A DNA stretch of 64,000 nucleotides from Candidatus Saccharimonadia bacterium (lineage in GTDB: Bacteria > Patescibacteriota > Saccharimonadia > UBA4664). Below are positions 9,823 through 19,606 of the stretch, in pieces; the first letter of the stretch is position 1; the number at the start of each line of letters is the position of its first letter. The position numbers were made by a program, and so were the translations under genes. The stretch spans positions 10,027 to 74,026 of the forward strand of contig DATIIV010000020.1 in assembly GCA_035479295.1 (NCBI GenBank). Reading direction: 5' to 3'. A model generated the notes under the pieces. It worked only from the letters and a program-made list of their open reading frames with translations, did not search any database and was not told the origin of the DNA.

Positions 9823-10698
9823 CTATTCCTGGAGGAAGAGAGCGGTTGCTTTACGGGTAAAGTAGAGCGGCTCTTGATCGGCGCCATCTGGCTGAGCTGC
9901 TACTTGTCTGGGGAGCGAGTGACTAGTGATATCGCGAGTGTTGACCCACAAGTTGCCGAAGGTCTGACCGGCGCGAGGGTCGCCCGGGGGTCGTTGTCGC
10001 GCCAAATAGAGCGAGACGGTGCCTTCCGGCAGTAACGAACCGCGGGCGGGGGTGCTGCAGTAAGTGATGGGGTCGCCGTCGGGGTGGCCTAGCATTACCA
10101 CGGCATCTGTCAGGCCAGTCATCGGCTGAGGGAAGCCACCCGTGGAGGGGCTATGCCGGGGCTCGGCTGTCGGAAAGAACAGTCGGGCCGGATCGGCCGG
10201 CTCGTAGCTGTATAGCAACCGCGGTAGCGGCAGAGCCTGTCCGGTCGGCGGAATGGGCGCAATCAGTCGGACGAGCAGCGGCCAATCCGGATACCGTTTG
10301 GCAAACTCGGCCAGCAGCTTCTCGTTGACCGTCGGCCGCAGCCCGTGCGGCAGATTATTCGCCTTGAGCGCGGCGGCGAAGGTCTCGGGGCGGGCGTCTG
10401 CCATGGTGATGGTGCGTGTAAACTCGTCGTTCAGCTGGGGCGGCCGTCTCGGCAGATCATGCAGGCCGGGATAATGCGTCGCCGCAATGTCGCGCAAGAG
10501 GCAGGGTCCACCGGTCGGGCTCTTGAATGGTGGGCTCAGCTCGACGGTTGGCACTGGCAGAAGCAGGGCGTTAGGCTGAGCGTTGCTGGCCACCAGGCAC
10601 TCATGACCACCGGTATGCCTCAGCTCTCCGTTTGTGATGGTGGTCTGCCCAAAGTAGATCGTCTGCTTGATCTTGCCGGGCCAGAGTAGCCAGCTCAC
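9823..10698 (-). CDS. hypothetical protein
   Basis: 291-aa ORF, no recognisable motif. The + strand overlapping ORF 9748-10035 was judged spurious. Confidence 0.4.
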   Translation of the reverse strand: MSWLLWPGKIKQTIYFGQTTITNGELRHTGGHECLVASNAQPNALLLPVPTVELSPPFKSPTGGPCLLRDIAATHYPGLHDLPRRPPQLNDEFTRTITMADARPETFAAALKANNLPHGLRPTVNEKLLAEFAKRYPDWPLLVRLIAPIPPTGQALPLPRLLYSYEPADPARLFFPTAEPRHSPSTGGFPQPMTGLTDAVVMLGHPDGDPITYCSTPARGSLLPEGTVSLYLARQRPPGDPRAGQTFGNLWVNTRDITSHSLPRQVAAQPDGADQEPLYFTRKATALFLQE

Positions 10699-10806
10699 GT
10701 GTCGTCCTTCCTGTTGGGATCACAGCCGTACACCACCATACCATATTACCTATTTGCTGCAAGGGTCGTCGCCACAAAATCAGCCGTAGCTGGCCTTGGG
10801 TGTAGT

Positions 10807-11325
10807 ATGATTCCTAAAAAGGAACCAACAGCTATGGCTACCCCGAGCCACGACCAACAACCCGCCATCTTCGATAAAGAGATTCTGCGCTTCACCTTCT
10901 GCGGCATTGTGATCGCCAGCTTCTTTGCGGCGCTAACGGCGGGCACGAGCCTGCGCGACCTGCTTAGTCCCTATGGCAGCCAAGTTGCCACCACCGTGCT
11001 GGGGCTGGCGGCGGCCCTCTCGTTTGCCTATCTGCTGAGCGTGGCCTCGTGGCTCAAGTACAAGAGTCCACGCAAAGTCGACCGGTTTACGCTGAGCGCC
11101 AAAGTGACGCGCTTCTTTTATGACATGACGGTCAACGTTTTTGGTATTTACGTGCTGGTGCTATTGTCGCAATTCGTCATTACGCGCTGGCTGCATCTGG
11201 GTTTTCTGTGGTATCTGCTGCCATTGTACGTGGTGGTCTCGAGCGGGCTGTATGTGGTGGCGCGGTTTGGCTGGTTCTTGGTGCGGGGGTTGATAGAGTA
11301 CTACTACGACGAGATTGCTAGCTAG
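10807..11325 (+). CDS. hypothetical multi-pass membrane protein
   Basis: At least four hydrophobic helices. The ORF-track start at 10699 abuts a divergent gene, so an internal start (ATG 10807 or 10834, the latter with AAGGA upstream) is more plausible. Confidence 0.45.
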   Translation: MIPKKEPTAMATPSHDQQPAIFDKEILRFTFCGIVIASFFAALTAGTSLRDLLSPYGSQVATTVLGLAAALSFAYLLSVASWLKYKSPRKVDRFTLSAKVTRFFYDMTVNVFGIYVLVLLSQFVITRWLHLGFLWYLLPLYVVVSSGLYVVARFGWFLVRGLIEYYYDEIAS

Positions 11326-11479
11326 AGCGAAAAACAGCGCAAGTTGAATGGAAAATTCGTCAATTATTCGTCAGCGCGCGAAAACATGGAGGCCATACTA
11401 CGACGAGATCGCAAGTTAGCCACTTACTTTTTAGTATAATGAGGTGAACAAGAGCCGAACTTAGTGCTATAATGATGAC

Positions 11480-12676
11480 ATGAACTTATTTGGCGAGACA
11501 AATCGACCCTTAGCTGACCGGGTGCGGCCGCAGACGCTTGAGGAGTTTGTGGGCCAGGCGCAGGTGGTGGGCGAGGGCCAGTTTTTGCGCACGCTCATTG
11601 AGCGCGGCCAGCCGACCTCGCTGATTCTGTGGGGGCCGCCGGGTACGGGCAAGACCACCTTGGCGCGCATTATTGCTCGTAGCGGCGACTACGCTTTCGA
11701 AGAGATCTCGGCGGTGACAAGTGGGCTGCCCGAGGTTAAGCGGGTGATTGAGCGGGCGCATGAGCGGCGGCGGTTGGGTCAGAGCACGCTGCTGTTTGTG
11801 GACGAGATTCATCGGTTTAATAAGGCGCAGCAGGACGCGTTCTTGCCGCATATGGAGAATGGCACCATCGTACTGATCGGCGCCACCACCGAGAACCCGT
11901 CGTTTGAGGTGATCGGGCCGCTGCTATCGCGCAGCCGGGTGGTGGTGCTAGAGTCGCTGTCGGTGGAGCAACTGGCGGCGATTATTGAGCGGGCGGCGGC
12001 CCAGCTGCCTGGCGTTGCGGTGGAGCCGGCCGCCCGGCAGCTGCTGGCCGAGCTGGCGGCCGGCGATGCCCGCATGGCTCTGGGCGGCCTAGAGACGGCG
12101 GCCGGGCTGGCCAAGGTCATTACGCCGGCCGTCGTTAAGCAGGCCATGCAAAAGCCCACCGCCAAGTACGACAAGGGCGGCGAGCACCACTACAATGTGA
12201 TCTCGGCCTTCATTAAGTCGGTGCGCGGTGGGGCGGTCGATGCGGCCTTGTTCTACTTGGCGCGCATGCTCGAGGCCGGCGAAGACCCCAAGTTTATCGC
12301 CCGGCGGCTGGTAATCCTGGCTGCCGAAGACATCGGCTTGGCCGATAACACCATGCTGCCCTTGGCCGTTAGCGCCTTTCAGGCCGTTGAGCGCATTGGC
12401 TTGCCCGAGGGCCGCATTGTGCTGAGCCAAGCTACCATCGCGCTGGCCCAGGCGCCCAAGAGCCGCGCAGCCTACGACGCCATTGCTCGGGCCCAGGCGG
12501 CCGCGCGCGAACATCCCACCGCCGAGGTGCCATTGCATCTGCGCAACGCGCCGACTAAGCTCATGAAAGAGCTTGATTATGGTAAGGATTACCAGTGGCG
12601 CCCCGGTTTTGAGCACCCCCAGGGCTTTCTGCCCGAGGCGCTTAAGGGCGAGCACTTCTACCGCGGTCCCCAATAA
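11480..12676 (+). CDS. rarA: replication-associated recombination protein A (AAA+ ATPase RarA/MgsA)
   Basis: LILWGPPGTGKTTLARIIA Walker A, LFVDEIHRFNKAQQDAFLP box, and the RarA C-terminal helical/tetramerisation region. Confidence 0.85.
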   Translation: MNLFGETNRPLADRVRPQTLEEFVGQAQVVGEGQFLRTLIERGQPTSLILWGPPGTGKTTLARIIARSGDYAFEEISAVTSGLPEVKRVIERAHERRRLGQSTLLFVDEIHRFNKAQQDAFLPHMENGTIVLIGATTENPSFEVIGPLLSRSRVVVLESLSVEQLAAIIERAAAQLPGVAVEPAARQLLAELAAGDARMALGGLETAAGLAKVITPAVVKQAMQKPTAKYDKGGEHHYNVISAFIKSVRGGAVDAALFYLARMLEAGEDPKFIARRLVILAAEDIGLADNTMLPLAVSAFQAVERIGLPEGRIVLSQATIALAQAPKSRAAYDAIARAQAAAREHPTAEVPLHLRNAPTKLMKELDYGKDYQWRPGFEHPQGFLPEALKGEHFYRGPQ

Positions 12677-12726
12677 TTCGCTCGGTGGGACTAGTACTGC
12701 AATTACGGTTATGGTTAAATAAGGCC

Positions 12727-13005
12727 ATGAAGAAACCCACGCGCAAATCAGCGGCTCGCGAGACCGACAACGCCTATTTCCTGAAGATCCTGCTCTACTT
12801 TGTCTTTGGCACGATCTGGATTAAGTACAATGGCCAGCCCATACTGCCGATCGGCCTCATTACCGGCCTCTTCTTTATCCACTCCGATCACTTCTCGATC
12901 GATCGTAAGGTTGAGTATGCCATCTTGATTGTCGCGGCACTGATGGGGCTGATGGGCTTCGGGCTGTTCTTGGGCTTCTGGGGGCCAGGACCGGGGAGCG
13001 CCTAG
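12727..13005 (+). CDS. small membrane protein, hypothetical
   Basis: MKKPTRK start after TAAGG; two hydrophobic helices. Confidence 0.4.
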   Translation: MKKPTRKSAARETDNAYFLKILLYFVFGTIWIKYNGQPILPIGLITGLFFIHSDHFSIDRKVEYAILIVAALMGLMGFGLFLGFWGPGPGSA

Positions 13006-13208
13006 TAGTCCTCCACGATGCGGCGTAAGGTTAGCGCCATTGTCCAGGTCATAAAGCCAAACTGAACCAGCGCTAAACCGCTACGTACAACGCTAAATTG
13101 AGTTGGAGTAAAACCATAGAGGAAGCTCAATAGAATATCTGCGCCCAGCAGGTAGGCTAGTTGACGACTGAATGGAGACTGAAAGAGGGTAGGGTGAGAG
13201 AGCTGCAT
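13002..13208 (-). CDS. small membrane protein, hypothetical
   Basis: 68-aa ORF with two hydrophobic helices, convergent and overlapping the previous gene by 4 nt. Confidence 0.3.
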   Translation of the reverse strand: MQLSHPTLFQSPFSRQLAYLLGADILLSFLYGFTPTQFSVVRSGLALVQFGFMTWTMALTLRRIVEDY

Positions 13209-13319
13209 GAGACTCGCCTTTCTCTTGAATTAATTGATTATATTAACACCGTTGCATCTATTTGTCAATGCTTGTGCAATTTAATCGCGAAACGAAGGTC
13301 GGTTTAATCCGGCTATGTG

Positions 13320-13349
13320 TTGACAGGACTGGTCCAGATAGGCTATAGT
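13320..13349 (+). promoter_or_regulatory. promoter TTGACA-N18-TATAGT upstream of rplC, with ~130-nt leader
   Basis: Near-consensus hexamers upstream of the ribosomal cluster that restarts after the insertion. Confidence 0.5.
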
Positions 13350-13478
13350 CACATGGTATTTGCACGGCATATGCGTGTCGCAATCAAAACCCAACCTAGG
13401 ACGTGGGCAGGTCTAGTTCGCTAGAAACCGCTCATAGCCTAGCGCTTATTTTTGCCAGACTTCTTAAAAGGGACGACC

Positions 13479-14135
13479 ATGAAGGCGCTTCTCGGTACAA
13501 AACTCGGAATGACCCAGCTCTTCAATGCTGATGGTAGTGTCGCCCGCGTGACGCTAATTCAAGCTGGTCCGTGTGTAGTGACGCAGGTAAAGACTATTGA
13601 GCGGGATGGCTACAACGCCGTTCAGCTTGGTTATGGTAAGGCTAAGCACCAGCCCAAGCCGCAGGCCGGTCACCTTAAGGCGGCCGAGGCCGACTCGCGC
13701 ACCATGCGTGAGATTCGACTAAAGGACGTCGACGGCGGTCATCCGCAAGCCAAGGCGCTCGTCGAGGCTCAGCAGGCAGCTTTGGCGCTGGAGGTGGGTG
13801 CCCAGCTCGATGTGAGCGTGTTTGAGGCCGGCGACGAGATTCAAGTGACGGGTGTCTCCAAGGGCAAAGGCTTTGCCGGCACCATTAAGCGTCACAACTT
13901 TAGCCGCGGTCCTAAGACGCACGGTTCGCACAACTACCGTGCTCCGGGCTCGATCGGTTCGGGCTTCCCGCAGCATGTCTTTAAGGGTATGCGCATGGCA
14001 GGCCACATGGGTCACGACCAGGTCACCGTTAAGGGTCTCAAGGTAGTGGTGGTTGATGCTGAGCGCAACATTATTGCTGTGTCAGGCGCCGTTCCTGGTC
14101 CCAAGCGCGGCACCGTAACGGTAAGAGGTTTGTAA
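13479..14135 (+). CDS. rplC: 50S ribosomal protein L3
   Basis: MKALLGTKLGMTQLF start (internal to the ORF-track ORF) and the GHMGHDQVT motif region. Confidence 0.93.
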   Translation: MKALLGTKLGMTQLFNADGSVARVTLIQAGPCVVTQVKTIERDGYNAVQLGYGKAKHQPKPQAGHLKAAEADSRTMREIRLKDVDGGHPQAKALVEAQQAALALEVGAQLDVSVFEAGDEIQVTGVSKGKGFAGTIKRHNFSRGPKTHGSHNYRAPGSIGSGFPQHVFKGMRMAGHMGHDQVTVKGLKVVVVDAERNIIAVSGAVPGPKRGTVTVRGL

Positions 14136-14770
14136 TGGCAACGGCTATTTCTTATTCCAAGACAGGCAGCAAGCACGAAGCGGCGGTTAAGCTGGAGCAG
14201 GCTATCTTTGGCCTTGAGGCCAATCACGAGCTGGTCGGCCAGGCCTACCGCACCTATCTGGCCAACGGCCGCAACGCCCATCCGGCGACGCTGACGCGGG
14301 GTCTGGTAGCCGGTGGTGGCCGCAAGCCGTGGCGCCAAAAAGGCACAGGCCGGGCTCGCGTTGGCTCGATCCGCGTGCCCAACTGGCGCGGTGGTGGTGT
14401 GGTCTTTGCGCCTACCGGTAACGAGAACCACACGCTGACGCTGCCGGCCAAGATGAAGCATACGGCGCTGCGCCAGGCGCTCAGCTTGCGGGCCGCAGCC
14501 GGCGATATCGTCGTGCTAGAGTCGTTTGATTCGGCCGACGGCAAGGTTAAGGGCACCGTTGAGCTGCTCAGCAAGATGAAGCTCGAGGGCAGCGTGCTGC
14601 TGGCGGTCGAGACCAAGACTGAGCTCATCATTCGCGCTACTCGCAACCTAGCCGGCCTCAAGACCGTCGGCGCCAAGTACCTCAACGTTTACGATGTCAT
14701 GAACGCCGACAAGTTGGTGTTAACGCAGGCCGCCCTCGATGCGATCAAGGTTTGGCTGGGAGAGAAATAA
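14135..14770 (+). CDS. rplD: 50S ribosomal protein L4
   Basis: GGGRKPWRQKGTGRARVGS motif. Confidence 0.93.
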   Translation: MATAISYSKTGSKHEAAVKLEQAIFGLEANHELVGQAYRTYLANGRNAHPATLTRGLVAGGGRKPWRQKGTGRARVGSIRVPNWRGGGVVFAPTGNENHTLTLPAKMKHTALRQALSLRAAAGDIVVLESFDSADGKVKGTVELLSKMKLEGSVLLAVETKTELIIRATRNLAGLKTVGAKYLNVYDVMNADKLVLTQAALDAIKVWLGEK

Positions 14771-15051
14771 TGAGTCAGATAGTCCTTACCCCCAAGATTA
14801 GCGAGAAGGCCATGTACTTGGCCGAGCGCGGCATCTACGTCTTTGAGGTCCCGACCTCCACTAATAAGATTGAGGTCACTAAGGCCGTCGAGGCCGCTTT
14901 CAAGGTTAACGTTACCGACGTCAACATGATCGTAGCCAAAGGCAAGACCAAGCGGTTCCGCCGGGTGCTCGGTCGCGAGAAGGACGTCAAGAAGGCCATG
15001 GTTAAAGTTAAGGCCGGTCAGTCGATCGCCCTGTTTGAGGGAGCAAAGTAA
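14770..15051 (+). CDS. rplW: 50S ribosomal protein L23
   Basis: MSQIVLTPKISEKA...YVFEV, an L23 signature. TAATG overlap with rplD. Confidence 0.9.
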   Translation: MSQIVLTPKISEKAMYLAERGIYVFEVPTSTNKIEVTKAVEAAFKVNVTDVNMIVAKGKTKRFRRVLGREKDVKKAMVKVKAGQSIALFEGAK

Positions 15052-15902
15052 TGCCAGTTAAACTCTACAAGCCGACTACCCCTGGTCGCCGCGGTATGAC
15101 CTCGGCCGACACCTCGGCTATTACCAAGAAGCGCCCGGAGCGTTCACTCATCGTCATTAAGAAGGCGGGTTCGGGTCGCAACAACCAAGGTAAGATCACC
15201 GTTCGCCACCGTGGCGGCGGCGTTAAGCGCTTCTACCGTCTGGTTGATTTTGACTTTAAGTCGGTGGCCTCGGCCGTAGTTAAGGCTATCGAGTTTGACC
15301 CGAATCGCTCGGCTAACATCGCCCTGGTTCAGATCGATGGTGGCAAGCTGGCCTATGTGCTGGCTGGTTCTGGCATGAAGGTAGGCGACCAGCTCGCTTC
15401 GGGCGAGGAAGCCGCCATCCGCACCGGCAATCGTCTGCCGCTTAAGAACATTCCGGCCGGTACCCAGATCTACAATATCGAGCTGGTGCTCGGCAAAGGC
15501 GGCCAGATTGCTCGCAGCGCTGGCACCAAGGCGCAGCTGGTATCCAAGGAATCAAGCCAGGAGGGCTTTGTGCAGGTCCGCCTTCCTAGCGGTGAGGTTC
15601 GCTTGGTGCACGAAAACTGCCAGGCCACCATTGGCACCGTCGGCAACGAAGCTCACCAGAACATCAAGTACGGTTCGGCCGGTCGTCGGCGCCGTCTCGG
15701 TTGGCGTCCGCAGGTTCGTGGTTCGGCCATGAATCCGGTCGATCACCCGCACGGTGGTGGTGAGGGCGCGCAAGCCACATCAATTTACAAGTATGGCCAG
15801 AAGACCCCGTGGGGCAAGCCGGCGCTGGGTCTCAAGACTCGCCGTCGCAAGCTCACGAACGCAATGATCGTCCGTGGCCGTAAGCAAGGTAGGAGACGCT
15901 AA
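15051..15902 (+). CDS. rplB: 50S ribosomal protein L2
   Basis: GRNNQGKITVRHRGGG...MNPVDHPHGGGEG. Confidence 0.95.
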   Translation: MPVKLYKPTTPGRRGMTSADTSAITKKRPERSLIVIKKAGSGRNNQGKITVRHRGGGVKRFYRLVDFDFKSVASAVVKAIEFDPNRSANIALVQIDGGKLAYVLAGSGMKVGDQLASGEEAAIRTGNRLPLKNIPAGTQIYNIELVLGKGGQIARSAGTKAQLVSKESSQEGFVQVRLPSGEVRLVHENCQATIGTVGNEAHQNIKYGSAGRRRRLGWRPQVRGSAMNPVDHPHGGGEGAQATSIYKYGQKTPWGKPALGLKTRRRKLTNAMIVRGRKQGRRR

Positions 15903-16175
15903 ATGAGTCGTTCACTCAAGAAAGGACCATACGTAGACGAGCGTCTGTTGGGTCGCGTGATCGCGCTGTCGGCCAACGACAAGACGGTGCTCAAGACCTG
16001 GGCGCGAGACTCAACCGTTTCGCCCGAAATGGTCGGCCGCACCATCGCCGTACACAACGGCCGCATGCACGTACCGGTCTTTGTGACAGAAAACATGGTT
16101 GGGCACAAGCTCGGCGAGTTCTCGCCGACCCGCAAGTTCCGCAACCACGGCGGTAAGCTGGCGAAAGGTAAGTAA
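15903..16175 (+). CDS. rpsS: 30S ribosomal protein S19
   Basis: SLKKGPYVD...[26 protein letters not shown]. Confidence 0.95.
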   Translation: MSRSLKKGPYVDERLLGRVIALSANDKTVLKTWARDSTVSPEMVGRTIAVHNGRMHVPVFVTENMVGHKLGEFSPTRKFRNHGGKLAKGK

Positions 16176-16606
16176 TGAAGACGCAAGCAACCGCAAAATT
16201 TGTTGGTACTTCGGCCCGCAAGACTGGCCTGGTCGCGGCGCTTATTCGTGGTCGCCGGGTGCTTGAGGCGCAGACCATCCTGGCCAACACCAACAAGCGC
16301 GCCATCGTTCCGGTGGGCAAGGCGCTTGATTCGGCCGTAGCCAACGCCGAGAACAACTTTAATGCCAAGGCCAAGGATCTGGTTGTAGAGAGTGTACTTA
16401 TCGGTCCGGGCCCGTCGCTCAAGCGCTCGATGCCGCGTGGTAAAGGTAGTGCCGCGGCTATTCTGAAGCGCTCAAGCCACATCACTGTAGTGGTGACCGA
16501 TGGTAAGGCAGTGGCGACACTATCTTCGGCTAAAACGGCGGCCAAGACCGAAGCTAAAGCCGAGCCGACTACCGAGAAGGTCGCTAAGAAAGAGGAGGCC
16601 AAGTAA
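16175..16606 (+). CDS. rplV: 50S ribosomal protein L22 (C-terminal Lys/Ala-rich extension)
   Basis: ARKTGLVAALIRGRRV...TNKRA...NAENN...LKRSMPRGKG. Confidence 0.9.
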   Translation: MKTQATAKFVGTSARKTGLVAALIRGRRVLEAQTILANTNKRAIVPVGKALDSAVANAENNFNAKAKDLVVESVLIGPGPSLKRSMPRGKGSAAAILKRSSHITVVVTDGKAVATLSSAKTAAKTEAKAEPTTEKVAKKEEAK

Positions 16607-17232
16607 TGGGTCAGAAAGTAAATCCGCGCAGTATGCGCCTCCAGATCGACCGCGATTGGCAGTCGCGCTGGTACGCCGATAAGGACTACGCCACCTTCTT
16701 GATCCAGGATCTCAAACTGCGCGCCGCCGTGCAGAAGAAGCTATCAAAGCGAGCTGGTGTAGCGCGTATCGACATTGAGCGCTCGCCTGGTCAGCTGGTG
16801 GTAACGATTCACACCTCCAAGCCTGGCGTGGTCATTGGTCGCGGCGGCACCGGCGCCGAGGAGCTCAAGAGCATGCTCTCGAAGCTGGCCGGCGGCCCGG
16901 TCAAGGTCTCCATCGAAGAGATTAAGAAGCCAGAGACCAACGCGCAGCTGGTCGCCGACAACATTGCCGGTCAGCTAGAGCGCCGTATTGGCTTCCGTCG
17001 CGCCATGAAGATGGCCGTCGAGAATGCCATGAAGAGCGGCGCCCTGGGCGCCAAGGTTACGGTGGCCGGTCGCCTCAACGGCGCCGAAATGGCCCGTCGC
17101 GAAACCGTCAGCCAGGGCAGCATTCCGTTGCACACGCTGCGCGCCGACATTGACTACGCTAACGGCTTGGCTCGCACCACCTACGGCGTCATCGGCGTTA
17201 AGGTCTGGGTGTATAAGGGCACGAAGTTTTAG
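16606..17232 (+). CDS. rpsC: 30S ribosomal protein S3
   Basis: MGQKVNPRSMRL...KH domain...IGVKVWVYKG. Confidence 0.95.
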   Translation: MGQKVNPRSMRLQIDRDWQSRWYADKDYATFLIQDLKLRAAVQKKLSKRAGVARIDIERSPGQLVVTIHTSKPGVVIGRGGTGAEELKSMLSKLAGGPVKVSIEEIKKPETNAQLVADNIAGQLERRIGFRRAMKMAVENAMKSGALGAKVTVAGRLNGAEMARRETVSQGSIPLHTLRADIDYANGLARTTYGVIGVKVWVYKGTKF

Positions 17233-17241
17233 GAAATCGCT

Positions 17242-17667
17242 ATGTTACTACCCAAGAAAACCAAGTATCGCAAGCAAATGAAGGGTCGCCTCCGTGGCGA
17301 GGCTTCGCGCGGCACCGAGATCGCCTTTGGCCAGTTTGGGCTCAAGGCTGAGACCGGCGAGCGCATCACTTCGCGTCAAATCGAGGCCGCCCGACGCGCC
17401 ATGACTCGTTACATTAAGCGTGGTGGCAAGGTCTGGATTCGCATCTTCCCCGACACGCCTATCACCAAGAAGCCGGCCGAAGTCCGCATGGGCTCGGGCA
17501 AGGGCGCCGTCGATCACTACGCTGCCAAGGTTCGTCCCGGTCGGATCATGTTCGAGATGGATGGCGTAACCGAAGAGGTGGCCAAAGAGGCTATGCGTCT
17601 GGCCGCCCACAAGCTGCCGGTTCGCACTCGCTTCCTGGTGCGCGAAGTACCCGGAGAGGTTGAATAA
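17242..17667 (+). CDS. rplP: 50S ribosomal protein L16
   Basis: [16 protein letters not shown]...[20 protein letters not shown]. Confidence 0.95.
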   Translation: MLLPKKTKYRKQMKGRLRGEASRGTEIAFGQFGLKAETGERITSRQIEAARRAMTRYIKRGGKVWIRIFPDTPITKKPAEVRMGSGKGAVDHYAAKVRPGRIMFEMDGVTEEVAKEAMRLAAHKLPVRTRFLVREVPGEVE

Positions 17668-17876
17668 TGAAACTCCAAGATATTACCAAAAAGACCGACG
17701 CCGAACTGGCCGAGCTGATCATTACGACGCGCTCTGAGCTGGCCAAGGCTGTTATTGAGAGCCGGACCAAAGAAATTAAAGACACCAAGCAGTTAGGTCG
17801 CCTAAAGAAGACCATCGCCCGCGCGCTTACCATCGCTCGCGAGCGCGAGATTGCCAAACTGGAGGCAGCACAATGA
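17667..17876 (+). CDS. rpmC: 50S ribosomal protein L29
   Basis: 69 aa, helical, at the expected position between rplP and rpsQ. Confidence 0.85.
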   Translation: MKLQDITKKTDAELAELIITTRSELAKAVIESRTKEIKDTKQLGRLKKTIARALTIAREREIAKLEAAQ

Positions 17877-18124
17877 TTCGCACCCTGCACGGAACAGTCG
17901 TTTCCGACAAGATGGACAAGACGGTGGTTGTGGCGGTTAACACCGTTAAGGAGCACCCGAAGTACCGCAAGAAATATAAAGTAACCACCAAGTTTAAGGC
18001 CCACGACGAGGGTAATACTTGCCAGATCGGTGATCTGGTGGAGATCACCGAGACGCGTCCGCTCAGCCGTGACAAGCGCTGGCTGGTGGCCCGCAAAGTA
18101 ACCGCCAAGGAGATGGAGGCGTAA
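17873..18124 (+). CDS. rpsQ: 30S ribosomal protein S17
   Basis: [16 protein letters not shown]...HPKYRK. Confidence 0.93.
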   Translation: MIRTLHGTVVSDKMDKTVVVAVNTVKEHPKYRKKYKVTTKFKAHDEGNTCQIGDLVEITETRPLSRDKRWLVARKVTAKEMEA

Positions 18125-18125
18125 T

Positions 18126-18494
18126 ATGATTCAGGCTGAAACCAGACTCAAAGTCGCCGACAACACTGGCGCCAAGGACTTGCTCTGCATCAAGGTGCTG
18201 GGCGGCTCGCGCCGTCGCTACGCCGCGGTGGGTGACATCATTACCTGCAGCGTCAAAGCCGCCATTCCAGGCGCGGGTGTCAAAAAGAAGGACATCGTGC
18301 GGGCAGTCGTTGTGCGCACGATCAAAGAGACCAAGCGTCCCGATGGCTCAAGCATTCGCTTCGACGAGAACGCGGCCGTGCTCATCAACAAAGACGGGCA
18401 GCCTCGTGGTACTCGCATCTTTGGGCCGATCGCTCGTGAGCTGCGCGATGGTGGGTATATGAAGATCATCTCGCTCGCGCCGGAGGTATTGTAA
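18126..18494 (+). CDS. rplN: 50S ribosomal protein L14
   Basis: [17 protein letters not shown]...[11 protein letters not shown]. Confidence 0.95.
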   Translation: MIQAETRLKVADNTGAKDLLCIKVLGGSRRRYAAVGDIITCSVKAAIPGAGVKKKDIVRAVVVRTIKETKRPDGSSIRFDENAAVLINKDGQPRGTRIFGPIARELRDGGYMKIISLAPEVL

Positions 18495-18868
18495 TGAAAC
18501 TCAAGCGCGAAGATAAGGTGATTGTGCTAATTGGTCGCGACAAGGGCAAGACGGGCACCGTAACAGCGGTTATGCCGCGCGCCAACCAGGTGGTTGTCGA
18601 GGGCGTCAATGTGGCTAAGCGCCATACCAAGCCATCACAGAAGCAGCCGCGTGGCGGTATCCTCGAGATCACTAAGCCGATCGACGCCTCCAAGGTAATG
18701 GTGCTTGATCCGCAGTCCGGTAAGCCGGCTCGCATCGGTTACACCATCAAGGCCGACGGCACCAAGGAGCGCGTCTTTAAGGTCAGCCGTAACCACGATG
18801 GCAAGAAAACTAAGAAGGCCGAGGTCACCAAAGAGGCCGATAAGGGTGACAAGGCAGGTAAGAAATGA
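18494..18868 (+). CDS. rplX: 50S ribosomal protein L24
   Basis: KOW motif [17 protein letters not shown]; Lys-rich tail. Confidence 0.9.
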   Translation: MKLKREDKVIVLIGRDKGKTGTVTAVMPRANQVVVEGVNVAKRHTKPSQKQPRGGILEITKPIDASKVMVLDPQSGKPARIGYTIKADGTKERVFKVSRNHDGKKTKKAEVTKEADKGDKAGKK

Positions 18869-19410
18869 CACGTTTTAAAGAAACATACCAGAAAGTAGCC
18901 GTCCCGGTGCTCAAGGAAGAGTTCAAGTACACCAATCCTCACCAGGTGCCTCGTATTACCAAGGTGGTGGTGAGTGCTGGTGTGGGTCGCGCAGTCAGTG
19001 ATGCTAAGCATCTGGACGCCGCGGCTGAGACTCTGGCTCGCATCACCGGCCAGCACCCGGTCGTAACGGTGGCGCGCAAGAGCATCGCTTCGTTCAAACT
19101 GCGCGAGGGCAACAAGGTTGGTACCACCGTGACGCTGCGGGGCGCTCGGGCCGAGGAGTTCCTGGATCTCTTGGTGGCGGCCGTGCTGCCGCGTATCCGC
19201 GACTTCCGCGGCATCTCGGACACCGCTTTTGACGCCAACGGTAACTACTCGTTGGGTCTGAATGATCAGAGTATCTTTCCGCAGATTCCGTTCGACGAGG
19301 TTGGTGCCGTGCATGGGCTGCAGGTCAATGTGGTAACCACTGCCAAGTCGCCCGCCGAGGGTAAGCGGCTGCTTCAGTTAATGGGCTTTCCCTTTAGGAG
19401 GAACGCGTAA
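18865..19410 (+). CDS. rplE: 50S ribosomal protein L5
   Basis: [13 protein letters not shown]...RDFRGIS...NGNYSLGL. Confidence 0.95.
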   Translation: MTRFKETYQKVAVPVLKEEFKYTNPHQVPRITKVVVSAGVGRAVSDAKHLDAAAETLARITGQHPVVTVARKSIASFKLREGNKVGTTVTLRGARAEEFLDLLVAAVLPRIRDFRGISDTAFDANGNYSLGLNDQSIFPQIPFDEVGAVHGLQVNVVTTAKSPAEGKRLLQLMGFPFRRNA

Positions 19411-19595
19411 TGGCGCGATTAGCTATGATTATTAAAGCCGCGCGCAAGCCGAAGTTTTCGACCCGCAAGGTCAATCGCTGCAAGGTTTGTGGTCGACCGC
19501 GTGGTTATATCCGTAAGTTTGGCCTCTGCCGTATTTGCTTCCGTGAATTTGCCTCAAAAGGCCAGATTCCGGGTGTGACAAAGGCTAGTTGGTAA
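19410..19595 (+). CDS. rpsN: 30S ribosomal protein S14, type Z (zinc-binding, 61 aa)
   Basis: CKVCGRPRG...CRICFRE four-Cys pattern. Confidence 0.93.
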   Translation: MARLAMIIKAARKPKFSTRKVNRCKVCGRPRGYIRKFGLCRICFREFASKGQIPGVTKASW

Positions 19596-19606
19596 GGAGT
19601 ATAAGC

